DNA of 57,432 nt from Xylographa opegraphella. Lineage: Eukaryota. Position 1 is the stretch's first letter. Each line of letters opens with the position of its first letter. Under the pieces are notes generated by a model that was given only the letters and a program-made list of their open reading frames with translations, searched no databases and was not told where the DNA came from. Made by a program: the position numbers and the translations under genes. The stretch lies in the NCBI GenBank assembly GCA_022813865.1, contig JALDZX010000087.1, positions 1-57,432 on the forward strand, read 5' to 3'. Positions 24,824-38,844 of the stretch are shown piece by piece.

Positions 24824-25195
24824 TATATTAGCGTGTGCAAAAGGCTTGCATTCTCTTGGCGCTCAAACTTTGCTCTCCCCCACCCACAAATGCACCGAAT
24901 TTCACTGAATTCACGTTTTTTAGGATTCCAGGTCCACCACTACCGTATAAATATATACATTCTAATAGACTTCTATTTATTTTAATTAAGGCTATCAATC
25001 GCGCGTATTCTTACTATCTATATGCGTAATAGATATAATATAATAATATCAAAATTTAATAATTTAATTAATACATTTAACGCATTAGGATCCATGTTAC
25101 TAAGTTATATAAGGAGGTATTCGGTGCATTTTTGGGTGGGGGAGAGCAAAGTTTGAGCGCCAAGAGAATGCAAGCCTTTTGCACATCGCAATATA
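24824..25195. mobile_element. MITE-like non-autonomous DNA transposon
   Basis: 67-bp inverted repeats at 24834-24900 and 25119-25185 with one mismatch, extendable imperfectly to flanking TA dinucleotides (24824-25, 25194-95). AT-rich non-coding interior. Confidence 0.8.
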
Positions 25196-25746
25196 ACCAT
25201 TTCCACCCATAACTTTCACCTCCACTGATCCACTCCCACTTACGATTCTCGCTTCAATATACTCCAGCACGCCTGCAGCTATCGACCGCTCAGGAACGGA
25301 ATCCCATCCCCCGTAGCTGTCCAGGCCGAACCATTTCTCGCAGTTAGCAAACTAGCGGCATCTTCGTTCCTCATCTATGCAGATCCACTCACGCTACCGA
25401 TTCTACCGGGGGGAATGGTAATCAAGCCCGCCGTGAGGAATCCCAAACGCTGTCACGAATAAATTGGAGTAGGGGTAATGAATGTGCAAGGGGTGATGAG
25501 AGCGTGAGGACGATGCGAATGGTGTGTTAAACGTTAGGTTTTGGTTAAGAATGTGAGATTATCGAGTGAGGCGGGAAGAAGTGGAACAGAAACGAGGGAG
25601 GCTGTTGGTGAGAAGATATCTCGCTTGACTTCACACTGGGGTTTTTTCAGAACTGCACCTCGTCGATAAGGGCTCGCACAGGAGATGGTGAAGTGAAGAT
25701 GTTCAGTCATATTATGAATCTTTTCTAACAGCAACCGAAATCTATA

Positions 25747-28700
25747 TTATTCCTCCATGGCTGCCAGTTCCTTCGCGCGCAGCTCTCGAGCGTTCCGATC
25801 TTCTTCCGCCTTCAGCTGATCCGGCCGTCGAATAGCGATGTCCTTCGGCCTGTAATCGCTGAACGCCCACTTAAGCACCTTCTCTATTATGTAGCATCCG
25901 ATGTAGTCCAGAACCATAACCGAAGTCATCGTCATCTTGAACGCGTCAGAAAACTTGACCAAGCGAAGCTTTTCATTGAGCTCGGGAATGAATTCCGTTG
26001 AGCATGAAAATGCAACTCCGGAGACCAATATGATGCCCCAGTACATGCCACGATTCTCTCGAATACCTTCCCGGAATGGTCGGCCTTGGTAATTGATTGC
26101 AAAGGTGGAGATCTGTTGGATGAGTTGTAGGAGATAGACAGCGCTGTTCAGAAGCGATGGCTCAAACTCTCCCTCAAGGTCAACGTCAGCTTTACGTGGC
26201 TCAACCCACTGTACATAGTTGGAGATGTAAATTAGAGTGATGATATGTATGGCAAACTGCCCAAGGATAGATCCAATAATGTAAAAGTTGAAGATATATG
26301 GCTGGGGCCGTTCTTTTGAAAGCCCTTCCACGGACTGGTGAAGATGTCAGCATGAAATGAGAGTATAGGAGAATTTCCAGCCTACCTTTGCTCTTGAGAT
26401 TGACAAGAAACACACGCTCATGAGCATGCCACTGATTGTGACTTGACCATCTCCAAACTTAATGCCCTCCAGGTAAAGTACACTTAGGCTATATGCACTA
26501 ATCAGGCAGTTAAGAGCCAAGATCTTGTACATCTGTATGGTGGCGACAAGCGTACAACGACCTTGTCGGATGATGTTTGGAATTGCAATTACATTCGACA
26601 ACTTGCTGGTGAACGGGGCAGCAACTGAGGCATCACCGAGCTTGATAGTAGGTGGCTCGTTGTCGTCCAATTCTTGCTCCATCATCGAAGAAGTAAGCTT
26701 ATCAGCAAATCCAGCTGCAGCTTTCTGAGCCTTTGCTTGCTTCTGTTGTGCCGGGGTCAAAGCAGTATTGGCGTCCAACAATGCCTGCGCTCCAGGTGAA
26801 GTAATCGTCGGGATGCCGTTTGCTTTGTCCATCGCTCCAGAATTCACAGCTACTGCTCCTGCGGCACCTTTCTTTTCGGCTTCTCGAGCCATAGCCTTAT
26901 CATAGTGAGGATTGCTAGGGCCTGGAGGATATAAATGTGCGACTTGTAAAGGCACTGGAGGCGCTGGTTGGTTGAACCTCTTCATTAGACTCGCCTGCTT
27001 CTCATATATCTCTTTCATCTTGGTATTTCTGAAATGCTCGGCTATTCTGTTCAGGTCGTCCTGGGAGCCATTGAGAAGCGCAACTCCGATATGAGCTTGT
27101 TTCAATGCACCAACGTCGTTGGTACCATCTCCACACATTAGTGTTGTGTATCCCGCATCTTTGAGACCTAGAAGAATCTCTTCTTTCTGCTTTGGCGATA
27201 CACGAGCGTACACCCAGGTGTAGCGAAGTAATTGTTTGAGAGCTGCCTCCTCTTTGTATTTTGCTAGGGCATATCCGGTAACGCAGAGGTCCTTGCTTTC
27301 CAGAATATCCTCGGCAATAGGCTTAGATGGGTCTACGGGAATATTGACCTTGTCATCGATACTGCGCCAGACAAGCTTCTTGCCACTGTTGTCATTTTCT
27401 GGTGCGTCAAGGATAAGAACCTCGCGATCGACAATCTCTACCTGGCGAGCGACATGAACAGCAGTCAAAGGATTGTCCCCTGTTATCATCACCACACGGT
27501 GGCTGCTCTCGTTGAGCATCCGTACAGCTTGCTTGGCATCAGACTTGAGTGGACACTGTAGGACCAGAAAACCTGCGAATGTAAGATCCGCTTCAACTTC
27601 TTCCCTTTTGAGGTTGTTGATCCGAGTCTGCCCTATCTCAGTATCATTTGAGAGATATTTATAAGCAAGAGCCAAAACGCGACCACCATTACGTGTAAAG
27701 AATTTGAAAGTTTCTTCATAATTTGGAGGTGTATCTTTGAGCATTGTACGAATGGTCTCCGGAGCACCCTTGACACCAATGAAGGTGCTCTTGGTCTTTC
27801 GAGAAGTCGTGCGATCTGTGGTGACGACTGTGGCAACAGAGGATTGTCTCTTCAAAGCCGACGAGAATTGAAAGCGGCGCTTTATTTGCACCATGTCACC
27901 GGCTGTCGAACCGTTCGTAGCACTTGAGGTGAATTTACTTGTGAGCATGTCGCTTTTCCCAAGAGTCCAGCCAAGAGAAGTTAAAGTTGCCTTTTCCATT
28001 GGGTCTCCCACAATGTCACCCTCATCAAGTTTGACCAAGGCGTGAGCAGTGGCGAGAACGAGAGTAGTATGAAGTTCCACTTGCGAGACTGGTGTCACGT
28101 CGCTATGAGCGCCATCTTTCTCAATGTTCTTCGTGCTGGTACCCATGGAAAGTCCTGCAATGCCGTCCACGACTAAATTTTCGCCAGTAAGAGTCCCTGT
28201 CTTATCGAAACACGCAACGTCCACTCTACCCGCATACGGTATTCTGAAGGGTTCTGTACAGAATATGGCGTATTTACTCAAGGCTGCAAGACTAGTGTTG
28301 ACGGCGAGACTCAACTCCATTGGCAGTTCCGGAGGGACGACGCTCGTGATAATAAGAACACAATCGAGCAATAGTTTTGATCGTTTTCGATCTTTGCTAA
28401 CACCCTCCTGCCAAACATACCACGAAGCGGCAATTGCGAAGACAAGGAGGAAGAGAATGAAGAACAACGCTTCTGCGTTATTTGCCGATACCCTCTCCGT
28501 TGAGTATATCATGGTACGCACCAAGCTTCCTTGACTTGTTTCGAACCCGGTCTTGACCACAATCGCCATGGCTCCCTTATCTGGTGGCGGCTCCACTCCC
28601 GAAAGAACTTTGGGAACGGTATCCGGCGAATCTTCACTGGCAATTCCATGTGTGATTTGCAGCACTTTTGTTCCACCATAAAGGAACGCAAGCTTGTCCA

Positions 28701-29810
28701 AACCCTCTGGCTCGATCGAAACTTCACCGGGCCGCAGCTGTATCGAGTCCTTAAGTAACGGGGTACTTTCGCCAGATAGCATAGCCTCGTTAACAATCGC
28801 AGTTCCTTCTACAAGCAGCATATCACAAGCCACACCAGAGTCTTCCTTTGTGCGCCCAACAGATACAAGATCTCCCGGTAACAGCTTGTCGCTAGTCATC
28901 TGTGTCCATTTTTTTTCTCTGTATACCCAAATTTCGTACGGCTTTATACTCATCCCACGAAACTCATTCAAAGTCCTCTGCCTCTGCCATACCACAGTGC
29001 TTTCGAAAACGACCAACATGAACAATGTGAATAGAGAGTAGTACCAGTATTCATCAAGAAGCCATAGTCCAACACAGAATATCTGGAAGACGAAGAAGGG
29101 AGCCACGGCATGCTCTTTGAAGAGCTCCGAAAATGTTGGTACTGGAATGTCAAAGGTGTTGTCTCCATAATGTTGATGCACCTTATCGATCTCAGCCTTG
29201 GATGTCAACCCTTGAGACTCCTGGAATGTCCTAATGAGCGGCGCAGGATCCGAGTCGAGAGCATAGGCAAGAGGCGCAAAGCTATTCTGTCCTTCATCGT
29301 ATAGGAAACGCCTCTTCTGAAACAGGAAAGATGTGTTTCTTTTGCCACTAGTCTATCTTGTGTATTAGCCAATAGACCTTGTATTGCTAGCTATCGGTAC
29401 TGACCGTATCTCTATCAATTGTACATATTTCTGCCGAACCAGCGTTCGTCACTGGTATAACCTTGATAAGCTTTGCACTTGGAACACTACGGGCCTTGAC
29501 GGTAGTAAATAGAGCATCGATCTCAACGTTCCACTTGGTTACCAGCCATGCCAACGACTGCAGAGTGATTATCGTGCCAGCCCAGACGAAGGTCCACTCG
29601 GATCCAGCAATATACTGATTGTATCGCTCCTCAGAAAGGTAGAATGCGAAGAATACTGGCCATATGAATATGAAAGGCCATACATATGCATGTGCGTAAA
29701 ATGGAAGAGGGTTGTGAAGGGACGCCGACTGAATCTGGGGGTTGTCAACAAGAGGCGGCCTGTCATGCATCATTAGTCGTAGAGGCGTCAATGTTTGATT
29801 CCACGTACAT
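25747..29810 (-). CDS. SPF1: P5A-type ATPase Spf1/Cod1 (ER transmembrane-helix dislocase), 4 exons
   Basis: LSGES A-domain motif, PPELP (P5A signature), DKTGTLT phosphorylation site, MITGDN and GDGTNDVGAL. Start codon split AT|G by intron 29760-29808. Confidence 0.96.
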
Positions 29811-30154
29811 AGTTGCTTGACAAATCCGCAAAAAGAATAGAAGGAACAAGATTTAGGGACGCGACTTCAGAAGCAGAAAACGGTCTCTCATGTTTGAAGA
29901 AGTCAAGAGGTGCATCGGACCACGGTAAGATTTCTTAATACGAATTACGGAATCGTCACTCGGTGGATCCTCGGACCGAGATAGCTCCTATCCTAGCTCC
30001 AGCCTAGATCTCTTGGATAAAGAATCGCGCTTAGAGCGGCTTGACTCACATGGCGCATAGGCGCATAGCACAAGTACAGAACAGATCGTTGACTCTTTTA
30101 CCGTGTACCTGATCCGTAAATGAGCTATTCTTGTCTGCTATAAGAATAACAAAT

Positions 30155-32183
30155 ATGGACGAAAATAAGGTTATACTACCTGAAAGACTGCTGGAGGAGA
30201 AGAAGCCTGCAAAGCCGAAGAAGCAGCCCAAAGAACCAAAAGAATCTAAGCCTACAAAGGAACCCAAACCCCCAGTGGCTAAAAAAGAGAAATTACCTAA
30301 TGATGCCCCTGTAGCCCTGGATCCAAACTCGATGTTCAAGGAAGGCTTCCTCAAAGCTGTCTATGCGGAGAAACCATCGAAGCACGTGATCACACGATTT
30401 CCCCCTGAACCCAATGGCTATCTTCATATTGGCCACAGCAAGGCAATTGCAATCAATTTTGGCTTTGCTAGATATTACGGAGGGGATTGCTATCTTCGTT
30501 ACGATGATACAAACCCGGAGAAGGAAGAAGAGAAATATTTCACCGCCATTCGGGAAATGATTGAGTGGCTGGGATTCAAGCCTTATAAGATTACTTATTC
30601 TAGCGACAACTTTCAGAAATTATACGACCTTGCCGAGGATTTGATAAAGAGAGATGGAGCGTATGTTTGCCATTGTAGTGGTAAGCTACAAAATTTATAG
30701 AGTTGTCCGAGGAAATGCTCATTACCTGCAGATACCGAAGTCAAGAAACAGCGAGGCGAGGGAAAGGGATTAGAGAGGTATAGTTGTAGTCATCGTGACC
30801 GACCAATAGAAGAGTCATTGGTAGAGTTTCGAGCCATGAGAGACGGGAAGTACAAGCCACGGGAGGCTGTCCTCCGCATGAAGCAAGATATGCAAGATGG
30901 AAATCCTCAAATGTGGGACTTGACAGCCTATCGTATCCTGGAGGCAGAACACCACCGGTCTGGCGACAAATGGAGGATATATCCGACCTACGATTATACC
31001 CACTGTCTTTGCGATAGCTTTGAGGAGATTACACATTCGTTATGTACCACTGAATTTCAACTATCAAGGGTGTCGTACGAATGGTTGTGCGATGCCGTAG
31101 AGGTTTACAAGCCTATGCAGAGAGAGTGAGTACACTTCATCGACCGCGCTTCGTTCGAAACTGACCTTCTGTAGATATGGCCGCCTCAATGTCACAGGCA
31201 CTGTCCTCTCGAAAAGGAAAATTGCGAAGCTCGTCGACGAAAAGATCGTTCGAGGCTGGGATGATCCGCGCCTTTATACTCTCGTTGCTCTCCGACGGCG
31301 AGGTGTACCCCCAGGAGCCATTCTCTCTTTCGTGAACGAGCTCGGCGTCTCCACCGCCAACACCAACATCCAGCTCTCCCGCTTCGAGCAAGTGGTTCGG
31401 CGCTACCTCGAGCAAACCGTCCCTCGCCTAATGCTCGTCCTTGACCCTATCCCAGTCGTTATAGATAACCTCCCAGGGGATTACCTCGAAGAAATCGAGC
31501 TACCTTTCTCCCCCAAAGACCCCGCCATGGGCAACCACATCGTTCCCTTTACAAAAACCGTCTACATAGACCGCAGCGACTTCCGCGAAATCGACAGCAA
31601 AGACTACTTCCGGCTCGCGCCAGGTAAAGCAGTCGGCCTCCTAAAAGTCCCTTTCCCTATCAAAGCAACATCGTTCGAGAAAGACGAAGCCACCGGCCTC
31701 GTGACCAAAGTGCACGCCACGTACGAGAAGCCAGAAGAAGGTACCGCGTTCAAGAAACCCAAGACGTACATCCAATGGGTAGCATCCTCGCCGAAGCACA
31801 ATTCTCCTATCAAAGCCGAAGTTCGAATCTTCAGCTCGCTGTTCAAGTCCGAAAACCCAGACTCCTCAGAAGGTGGCTTCATGGCCGACCTGAACTCGCA
31901 CAGCGAAGAAATATATCCCAACGCCATGATCGAGACCGGGCTCAACGAAGTCAGGGCGCGGGCGCCATGGCCGGAGAAGGAAGGCGAGAAGGCGGTGGAG
32001 GAGAAAAAGGCAGATCCACCGTCTTCCGAGGCTGGGACCACGTCAGCGGTGACCGCCCGTCCCGAAACCGTACGCTTCCAAGGGCTTCGAGTGGCTTACT
32101 TCGCCATGGACACGGATAGCGCGGACGGCAAGATAGTGCTGAACAGAATCGTCAGTTTGAAGGAGGACTCGGGGAAAGCTTAG
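30155..32183 (+). CDS. GLN4: Glutaminyl-tRNA synthetase, 3 exons
   Basis: [15 protein letters not shown] (HIGH motif), [24 protein letters not shown] (KMSKS-like), GWDDPRL and a C-terminal anticodon domain ending IVSLKED. Confidence 0.95.
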
Positions 32184-32570
32184 TTGGGAGGATCTTCTCT
32201 ATGAGGCCTTCTGTATGACTACGTTTTTGGGATGTGCATTTCGAGCGGCTGAATTACAAGGGGCTATGAGCTTAGTGTAGATTATGACATTAGAGGTCTC
32301 CATGAGGTTTGACAAGCAAGCATGATACGAGCGGTATTTAGACACTTTGATCATGTGATACGATCAGACTCAACCGGACACATCTATCGAGGGTATTCAT
32401 AATCACGTCTCAGCTTCGGAGAGCCATGACGACTTCTTGACCCAAACCATGGTACTCAATGCCAATCAGAGCCCACTCTTTTTTTTTGGGTACAAAACGC
32501 CATTCCATGTTATCCCGCCAGAAGCCTGTCATAGCACATAGCGAGATCGTGGGTCTCATTCCGAAGCTTT

Positions 32571-33680
32571 CTACATGGTCTCGGCCACCACCCCTTCATC
32601 ACTCTCACTCAAGCTCTCATCTCCACTAACCTCTTGGTTCTCCTTCTCCCGCTTCGCCATCAGCGCCTGCAGCTCCGCGTCGTCGTTCTCTGTAACCGCC
32701 TTCGGCGCCATCCTCGTGACACAGCCTCCACCGTTCGCACGAATGTTGACTTCCATTTCCTTGATCGCTCGCTCCAGCGTCTTGATACCGACATGCTTCT
32801 CCAAGCATTGCGAAGTTAAAACGTAGAGGGGTGGCGAGACAAGCCTCACCTTGACTTGTGCTTCAGGGGTATTGTGGGCTTCGGCTGCGCGGAGGGCGTT
32901 CTTGACGGCGTCGATGCCTTCGTAGCCGAAGCAGGTAACCTCGACGTCGGCACGGACTCTTGTGGGTTGGGGGGTGAGGCGCTTGGCAATGTATGATTGG
33001 AGTTCGTTCTTGACGACTTCGTCCGGGAAGTCAACTTCGTTCCAGACATCAGGATTCCTATGAGTCATATTAGCCCAGAGAAATGACCAAAGCGATTTTG
33101 TGAAACCATACGCGATAGACATCTTGAACGCGTCGAGTGCGTTACCGTACTTCTTGTTCAATGGCCAACCAATCTGCTGGTAAAGAGTCTCCATCGGTAT
33201 CTGGGTCTTCTCTGCCACGTGCCGCATGATGGAGGCCACCATTTTACCCTTGTTGAACTTCTCCTCGCATTTGACGATGTCTTCGGGGGAGACTCGTCGT
33301 TTCGACAAGTCGATATACCCTATAGCAGACAGCCATCAGTACTTGTCCACACCCACAACTGTAACTTGGCGATCCTTTACCCTTTTCCTTGTCCACCCTC
33401 AAAACCACTACCACTTCGTTCCGTCCCACTCTGATAAGCTTTTGTATACTTCTTATACGTCGTCGCGAGAGTTCTGAGAGGAGGATCATGCCGTCGATGT
33501 TGTCGTACTCCAGAAGCTTGACATATGCGCCCATTTCTGCGATCTGTTTGACATTCACCTGAAAAGCACATAGCGTCAGCTTGTTGCGCAGCTAACCATT
33601 GGCGTGCGCAAAGTTACCATCACAAAAGAATCTATCTCCGGATACTTCTCCTCATAGAAGCGGCAGTTTGTTAACGACAT
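32571..33680 (-). CDS. SUI2: Translation initiation factor eIF2 alpha, 4 exons
   Basis: [31 protein letters not shown] (Ser51 phosphosite), [11 protein letters not shown] and EGIDAVK. Confidence 0.97.
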
Positions 33681-35785
33681 GGTCGCTCCAAATATTGCGG
33701 GTTATTCAGAGCCAGAGGCTCGTTGATTTGTAGTGTGAGAGGTTCCTGTACGAGGTTGATTGGAGTCTGACCAAGAACCCTTGGCTTTTGATAAATCGCA
33801 GAAGATCACCAGGAATGCTACAAATTATATTTCGAGTCACAAACCATATATTTCAACTCAAAGAGCCACTACTGCGATAGTGGCAGCCAAGCGATTGTCA
33901 CCCAGGAACAAACACCCTGGTCAGTGATTATATATACCATGTTAATGACCAGATATTCATGGACAGAAAGTAGCACGTGACTTCCAAAGTTTTAGGGCTG
34001 CATAATGTCGCTAGCGCTTGTGTAACCGATGACTACGGTCTCACATATACTCCTAGCTGTGCAGAGCAGAGAATAGCACTATCATGAGGTTGTCTATGGG
34101 CGTACTTATCACCATCTGTCGCTGGTTATCTGACGGTAACAATATAACGCATGCTGAGGAAGTCTTGTGTGCGTAAGCACGAGAATCAATGACATACTTT
34201 TTTTTTACGGAGATATTGGTGTTTTTACGCTTCGGACTGTCCTCTTGGTTTTGATGTGTCAGCATGAAGCATGAGAAATCTGCCACTGGCTATGCATTCG
34301 GTATCAACAAACGGCTGTCAGGCAAGATACAACCCACATGCAGTAGCATATGGTACGTCTAGGATTCTTAACGGCTGCAAGTTCATGTGATGCTCGAGTG
34401 CTCGTCTCCGGTCCACTCTCGAGCGGCTTCGTCAACTATCGATTCTTGGTCCTTTTGCCCGCCAAACAATCTACCTTATGATTTCGTCCATCAGTCTGCA
34501 TCTCGTGCGGTGCATTGGTGTTAAGCTAAGTGCGGCAGGGTCTGAGAATGATGTAGAATCTGGTGAATGGGCAATCACTGCACCCAGTTCACATATATCA
34601 ACAAGCTTTACCTATGAGAAATTTGACCTGTATGTGGCCGAGGCCTTATGCGATGCAACGAGTTGTCACGCCTGTCCAGATCTCTGAAAGGCGTTGCGAA
34701 TAGCTTCAACTGTACATTGCACCTGTCCTCGGCTGAGTTACCTTTCTCGAGCTTCTTGGTGGAAGTATGAGTCTTCCCCAACGACCACAGGGCGCACTGC
34801 TGAACGACTTATGGCTTCACCGTTTCATGGTAATCCAGGACCCGTGCGGAGCGATCTCCCTCGGTATCTCCGTATTCTGTAGTTCAAGGAGGCTTGTGGG
34901 AGGGTTGACAGTGGAACTATCTCTCGAACAAACAACGTTCCGAGGACAACGCTTCGATTAACAGCGGACATAGGTCCGCCAGTGGCTGTCCCTGCTTATT
35001 GGACTGAACATCTTTGTAAACACAATTCAGACTGCAGGCTACCTTGAGGCGAGCCGTTGTACAGACTGTTTGCCAAGTCGAAATGGAAGAGGTGAGAGTA
35101 AACAGTGCTCCTGGAGGCGGAATACCCATTGTCATAGATATCCTTGCAATCCCTATTGTTCAAAGTGAGATGAGAATCAAAGACATGAATTTAGCAAATT
35201 ACGAGACCTCGCCGCGACGATGGCGGGCAATAAAGGGAATGGCTTTGGACAGCATATGAGGTAGGTATCTCAAGAAAGTTCCATAGTACATATAGCTTCT
35301 TGTATAGCCGGCGATAGTAGCTCTACCGATATATAGATTTGTTCATTGCCTGTGGCCTAGTTTTGACAGTGCATCAGAAAACCTTTGATTGAGTCAGACC
35401 CTCCTGCTCTCACGAAAGCCTTTGAGTATCAGCTTACTATACGACCGCATGATACGGTGCATGCGCTAGTCCAATCAATTCATCATATCAAAGGATCCTG
35501 ATTAGCCTGAACAAGTCCAGCTTATTGCACAATTGTGATACAATATGTACAATGACTGACGAGCAAGGAAATATCCAAAACGCCAGAACAACGCCAATGA
35601 ACAGACAAAATTCCTACGTGCGGCATCATATTACAGGGTTCACAAGAAAGACGCTGTGAAAAGAAGCAGGGCCCAGCAGCGAGCACTGCTGACACTCCAG
35701 GCACTGCTCCTCTCGAGCTTCGCAGTGATACAAACTAAAGCATACCATCAATCATCAGTGGCTGAGAGTAGCCTCCATTCACCTC

Positions 35786-36919
35786 CTATTTCTTCAATAC
35801 TGCCTCATATATGCTTGTCAAAGCGCCAATCCCGGTTCCAATCAGAATACCCTGCAGGCCACCGGGAATAGCTGCTTGTAGCAAGGCAACACTTTGATTG
35901 TTGAAAAAGCCTCCCAGCCGAACACCTTGCGCATAGACCAGCCACGAAATAAGGGCCTTCGAGATGTTGTACGTTAAGGGATCGTATTGCATGGAAGATT
36001 GCACATTCCTCCCGTGCTTAACGCTTCCATTCTTCGCCTTCAACGTCATGTTGAAGAAGTAGGAGAAGAAGAGCGGAAGCAACACGCTCGTCGCGAGCCA
36101 AATTTGAAATGTTGACCAGAATTCAGAGTTCAGTAGTTGAAAGAGATCCGGAGCTCTCAAAGGGATCTCAGGTGTTCCAAGCAGTGTAGACTCCGGGATC
36201 GCCGCAAGATGTTTCCATGGCAATATGACGCCGAATAGACCCCACAGTTCTAGGGAATTGGCGATAGATTCAATGGTGACCGTATTACTCAAAGTATCAC
36301 GAACGCTGTCGGATGTTTCAACAATGCCAGACTTGTCCCACACCTCGGCAATCCTTGCTCGAACTGCTGTTGTTTGGCGGTCAATTTCGTTCGCAACAAC
36401 CGAAGGCGAAGGGGGCAGAGGTACGCTGGACGCGAAGGAGATACTGGTCCTTGGGGAACGCGTTGCTAATGTAGTCGCACTGGTCTCGGGCTCCGATATA
36501 TCGCTGCAGAACGCGTTAATGACGTTCGTAACTCGCGCCTTTTCTTTCCAAATCAACGTCAGGTTCACTTACGTGGGTTCCAGATCCTCCTTGACAACCG
36601 TTTTCCTCCTGGACCGCGGAGTCTTTGCCTCTACACTCATGCTATCTTTCTTTACAGGTGAGCCACTGACGCGCTTGAAAAAGGCCGAAAGACTTGTGTC
36701 TTTGGACAACGTCGTTTGGTTTGCGCGCATGTGGTCATCCAAAGCAGCCTCCAGCTCAGGTTTCTTCAGATTATCGTAGCTATTGGCAGTCATCAGCCTT
36801 CAGCGCACAGGATGATGGCACAAAGGAATAGCTCACTCTTTCAAGCCAACCCTGTCCGCGATAGCAAGTAGCTCCACCTTGCGCTGGCCGTGCAGCCATG
36901 TTGTTGCCCCACCGGACAT
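35786..36919 (-). CDS. Conserved fungal membrane protein (Gtt3-like), 3 exons
   Basis: MSGGATTWLHGQRKVELLAIADRVGLKD|YDNLKKPELEAALDDHM helical N-terminus. C-terminal TM segments with FSYFFN, YDPLTYNISKAL and LTSIYEAVLKK. The family name is recalled from memory. Confidence 0.7.
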
Positions 36920-37333
36920 TATCGTGACAGCAGAAATATTGATCGCAAAAGCTATGCGATCGCAACGATATAGGTTGTAGGTTGGTTAGATGTTGTGGTG
37001 GACAGTGGTGGGTGAGAAGACTGAGGGCGTTGATCGAACAGGTGGGTTGTTTACATTAAGACAACCATGTAGGGTTCGCGCGTAGAGTAACCCGCGCTAG
37101 CAGTTTAAGACTAGTCTTGCATTGCACTTTGATTAGGTACCTACCTCTCAGCGTGTAATCTGAAATACGTTGCCAACTATGTGTATAGATTTTTTGGGTT
37201 GGACTGCAAAAGTGAATGGTGTAAAAACGAAAGCCTGCGCGCCAGATTATGCATCACAAAAAACAGAGAAACAAAGGGAGAATCAATATTGATTCAAAGT
37301 TTCTAACGTGACCATTTCTATACTTTCGAAACA

Positions 37334-38518
37334 TCAGAACTCATCTTTCTCCTTCTCCAGGCCACCTCGTCCTCGCCGCATACGTTCTCCAATATCCATA
37401 TCCCCCGCCTTCCGATGTAGCCCGTTGACAAAGTTGCCTTTCCCTCCATATTTAGCTGCTTTTGCTCGTCCCGCTTCTTCAGCTTCGCGATCAGCGGCTT
37501 CTCTCTTACTCATGGCGGCAAGTCTCATGTCCCTATCGTGATCCAATTCTGAAGCCGCCAGCTGCATAGCTAACAACTTTGCCTTACGATCATCCTCTAC
37601 CGCTGGTTGCCCCGATCGATGATCTGAAGTATAAGACTCCTTGCGCTGGGTTCCATTCCAACTCTTACTGTGCTTCAGGTAATTATCGTCCCTGTGATGC
37701 TGTCCAGGAGATCTTGATCGGCGGCGTAGGGGCGAAGGTCTTCTCGATCGATAGTAAGGAGAAGGTGACCTACGTCGATAAGGGGATGGAGATCTTGAGA
37801 AAGAAGAAGAGCTTGACCGACGTCGTTTATAGTCGTCTCTCACATGGTGGTGTCGATCCGTGCTTTGATCATCTACCCGTCGCCGTTTATGACCCCGTTC
37901 CTCATGATCTCTGTCGTCGCGGTACCGAGATCTTCGTTGTTCCTTCTCATGAGCGTGAGAGTGGCGATGCTGATGATGGCGATGTTTGTGCTCCTTCTCC
38001 TTTACAGCAACATCTCTACCTGCGGCTTTCAGTAGTAGCCTCCGCTTTACAGGATCGTTCATCATAGCCTCATAAGCGGCTTGCTCTTGCTTTTTGATCG
38101 CGAGCATAGGATCATCTCTTATTTTAGCAGCCGTATCCCTAACAGTATTGGCGTGTTGCAAAGCCATGAAAGATTCCTCGGTGGCCGCTTTCTCTAGTTT
38201 CTTATTTTCATCATTCTTAAGTAGACCATCAATCCTCCTTTTACCTAAGAGATAACCCTCCATCTCCTCAGTCGTGCCAGCTTGCCCGTCCGAAGGTCCC
38301 GAATACATCCAGTCAACTCTATTGAGACGCTTCTTGGCACCAGCAGCCTCTTGCATATCCTGAAGCTCTTGAATCTGCCTCTGCTCTTGTATTTCCTTTA
38401 CTCTCTGCTCTGTGCGCTTACGCTCCTCGAGCGCTTTCTTTTCTTCTTCCCATACTCGTCGCTGATTGCTCATGAGCACGGGGTGCCATGATTTCTTCAA
38501 GTTGAGATCTCCACCCAT
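37334..38518 (-). CDS. CWC25: Pre-mRNA splicing factor Cwc25
   Basis: [14 protein letters not shown]-terminus, [17 protein letters not shown] and an RS/His-rich tail. Single exon. Confidence 0.95.
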   Translation of the reverse strand: MGGDLNLKKSWHPVLMSNQRRVWEEEKKALEERKRTEQRVKEIQEQRQIQELQDMQEAAGAKKRLNRVDWMYSGPSDGQAGTTEEMEGYLLGKRRIDGLLKNDENKKLEKAATEESFMALQHANTVRDTAAKIRDDPMLAIKKQEQAAYEAMMNDPVKRRLLLKAAGRDVAVKEKEHKHRHHQHRHSHAHEKEQRRSRYRDDRDHEERGHKRRRVDDQSTDRHHHVRDDYKRRRSSSSSFSRSPSPYRRRSPSPYYRSRRPSPLRRRSRSPGQHHRDDNYLKHSKSWNGTQRKESYTSDHRSGQPAVEDDRKAKLLAMQLAASELDHDRDMRLAAMSKREAADREAEEAGRAKAAKYGGKGNFVNGLHRKAGDMDIGERMRRGRGGLEKEKDEF

Positions 38519-38844
38519 CGTCGCGACTTTCAAACAGCTTCGAAATCTACTAAGGGAAGAGATATAAGACTTCTAGCCTCTCTTAGATGAAGGCGACCTG
38601 ACAGAAAGTAGTTATGCTTGCCAATCAAGGTAAGTGGAGATGTGATTGGAGCGCACTGTTGGGACACGGGAGTGCCACTAGGATATGGCTCGCGTCTAGC
38701 TCGCTAAGCTTATCGCGTACAAAGTACAGCCTTATCGATTGCCTTAAGCACTTCAATCCCAGTTGTTCTAAAATTTTACATGCCCAGCCCTCAACTTTGC
38801 TGAAATGCTTTTAGGCATCTCGTAATTCTACATTGTCAAAAATT

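Noticed and set aside
34050..35260. Short ORFs between SUI2 and the GTT3-like gene as a decayed secreted-protein gene
   Set aside because: Fragments lie in several frames with stops, and I recognise no family. A translated homology search would be needed.
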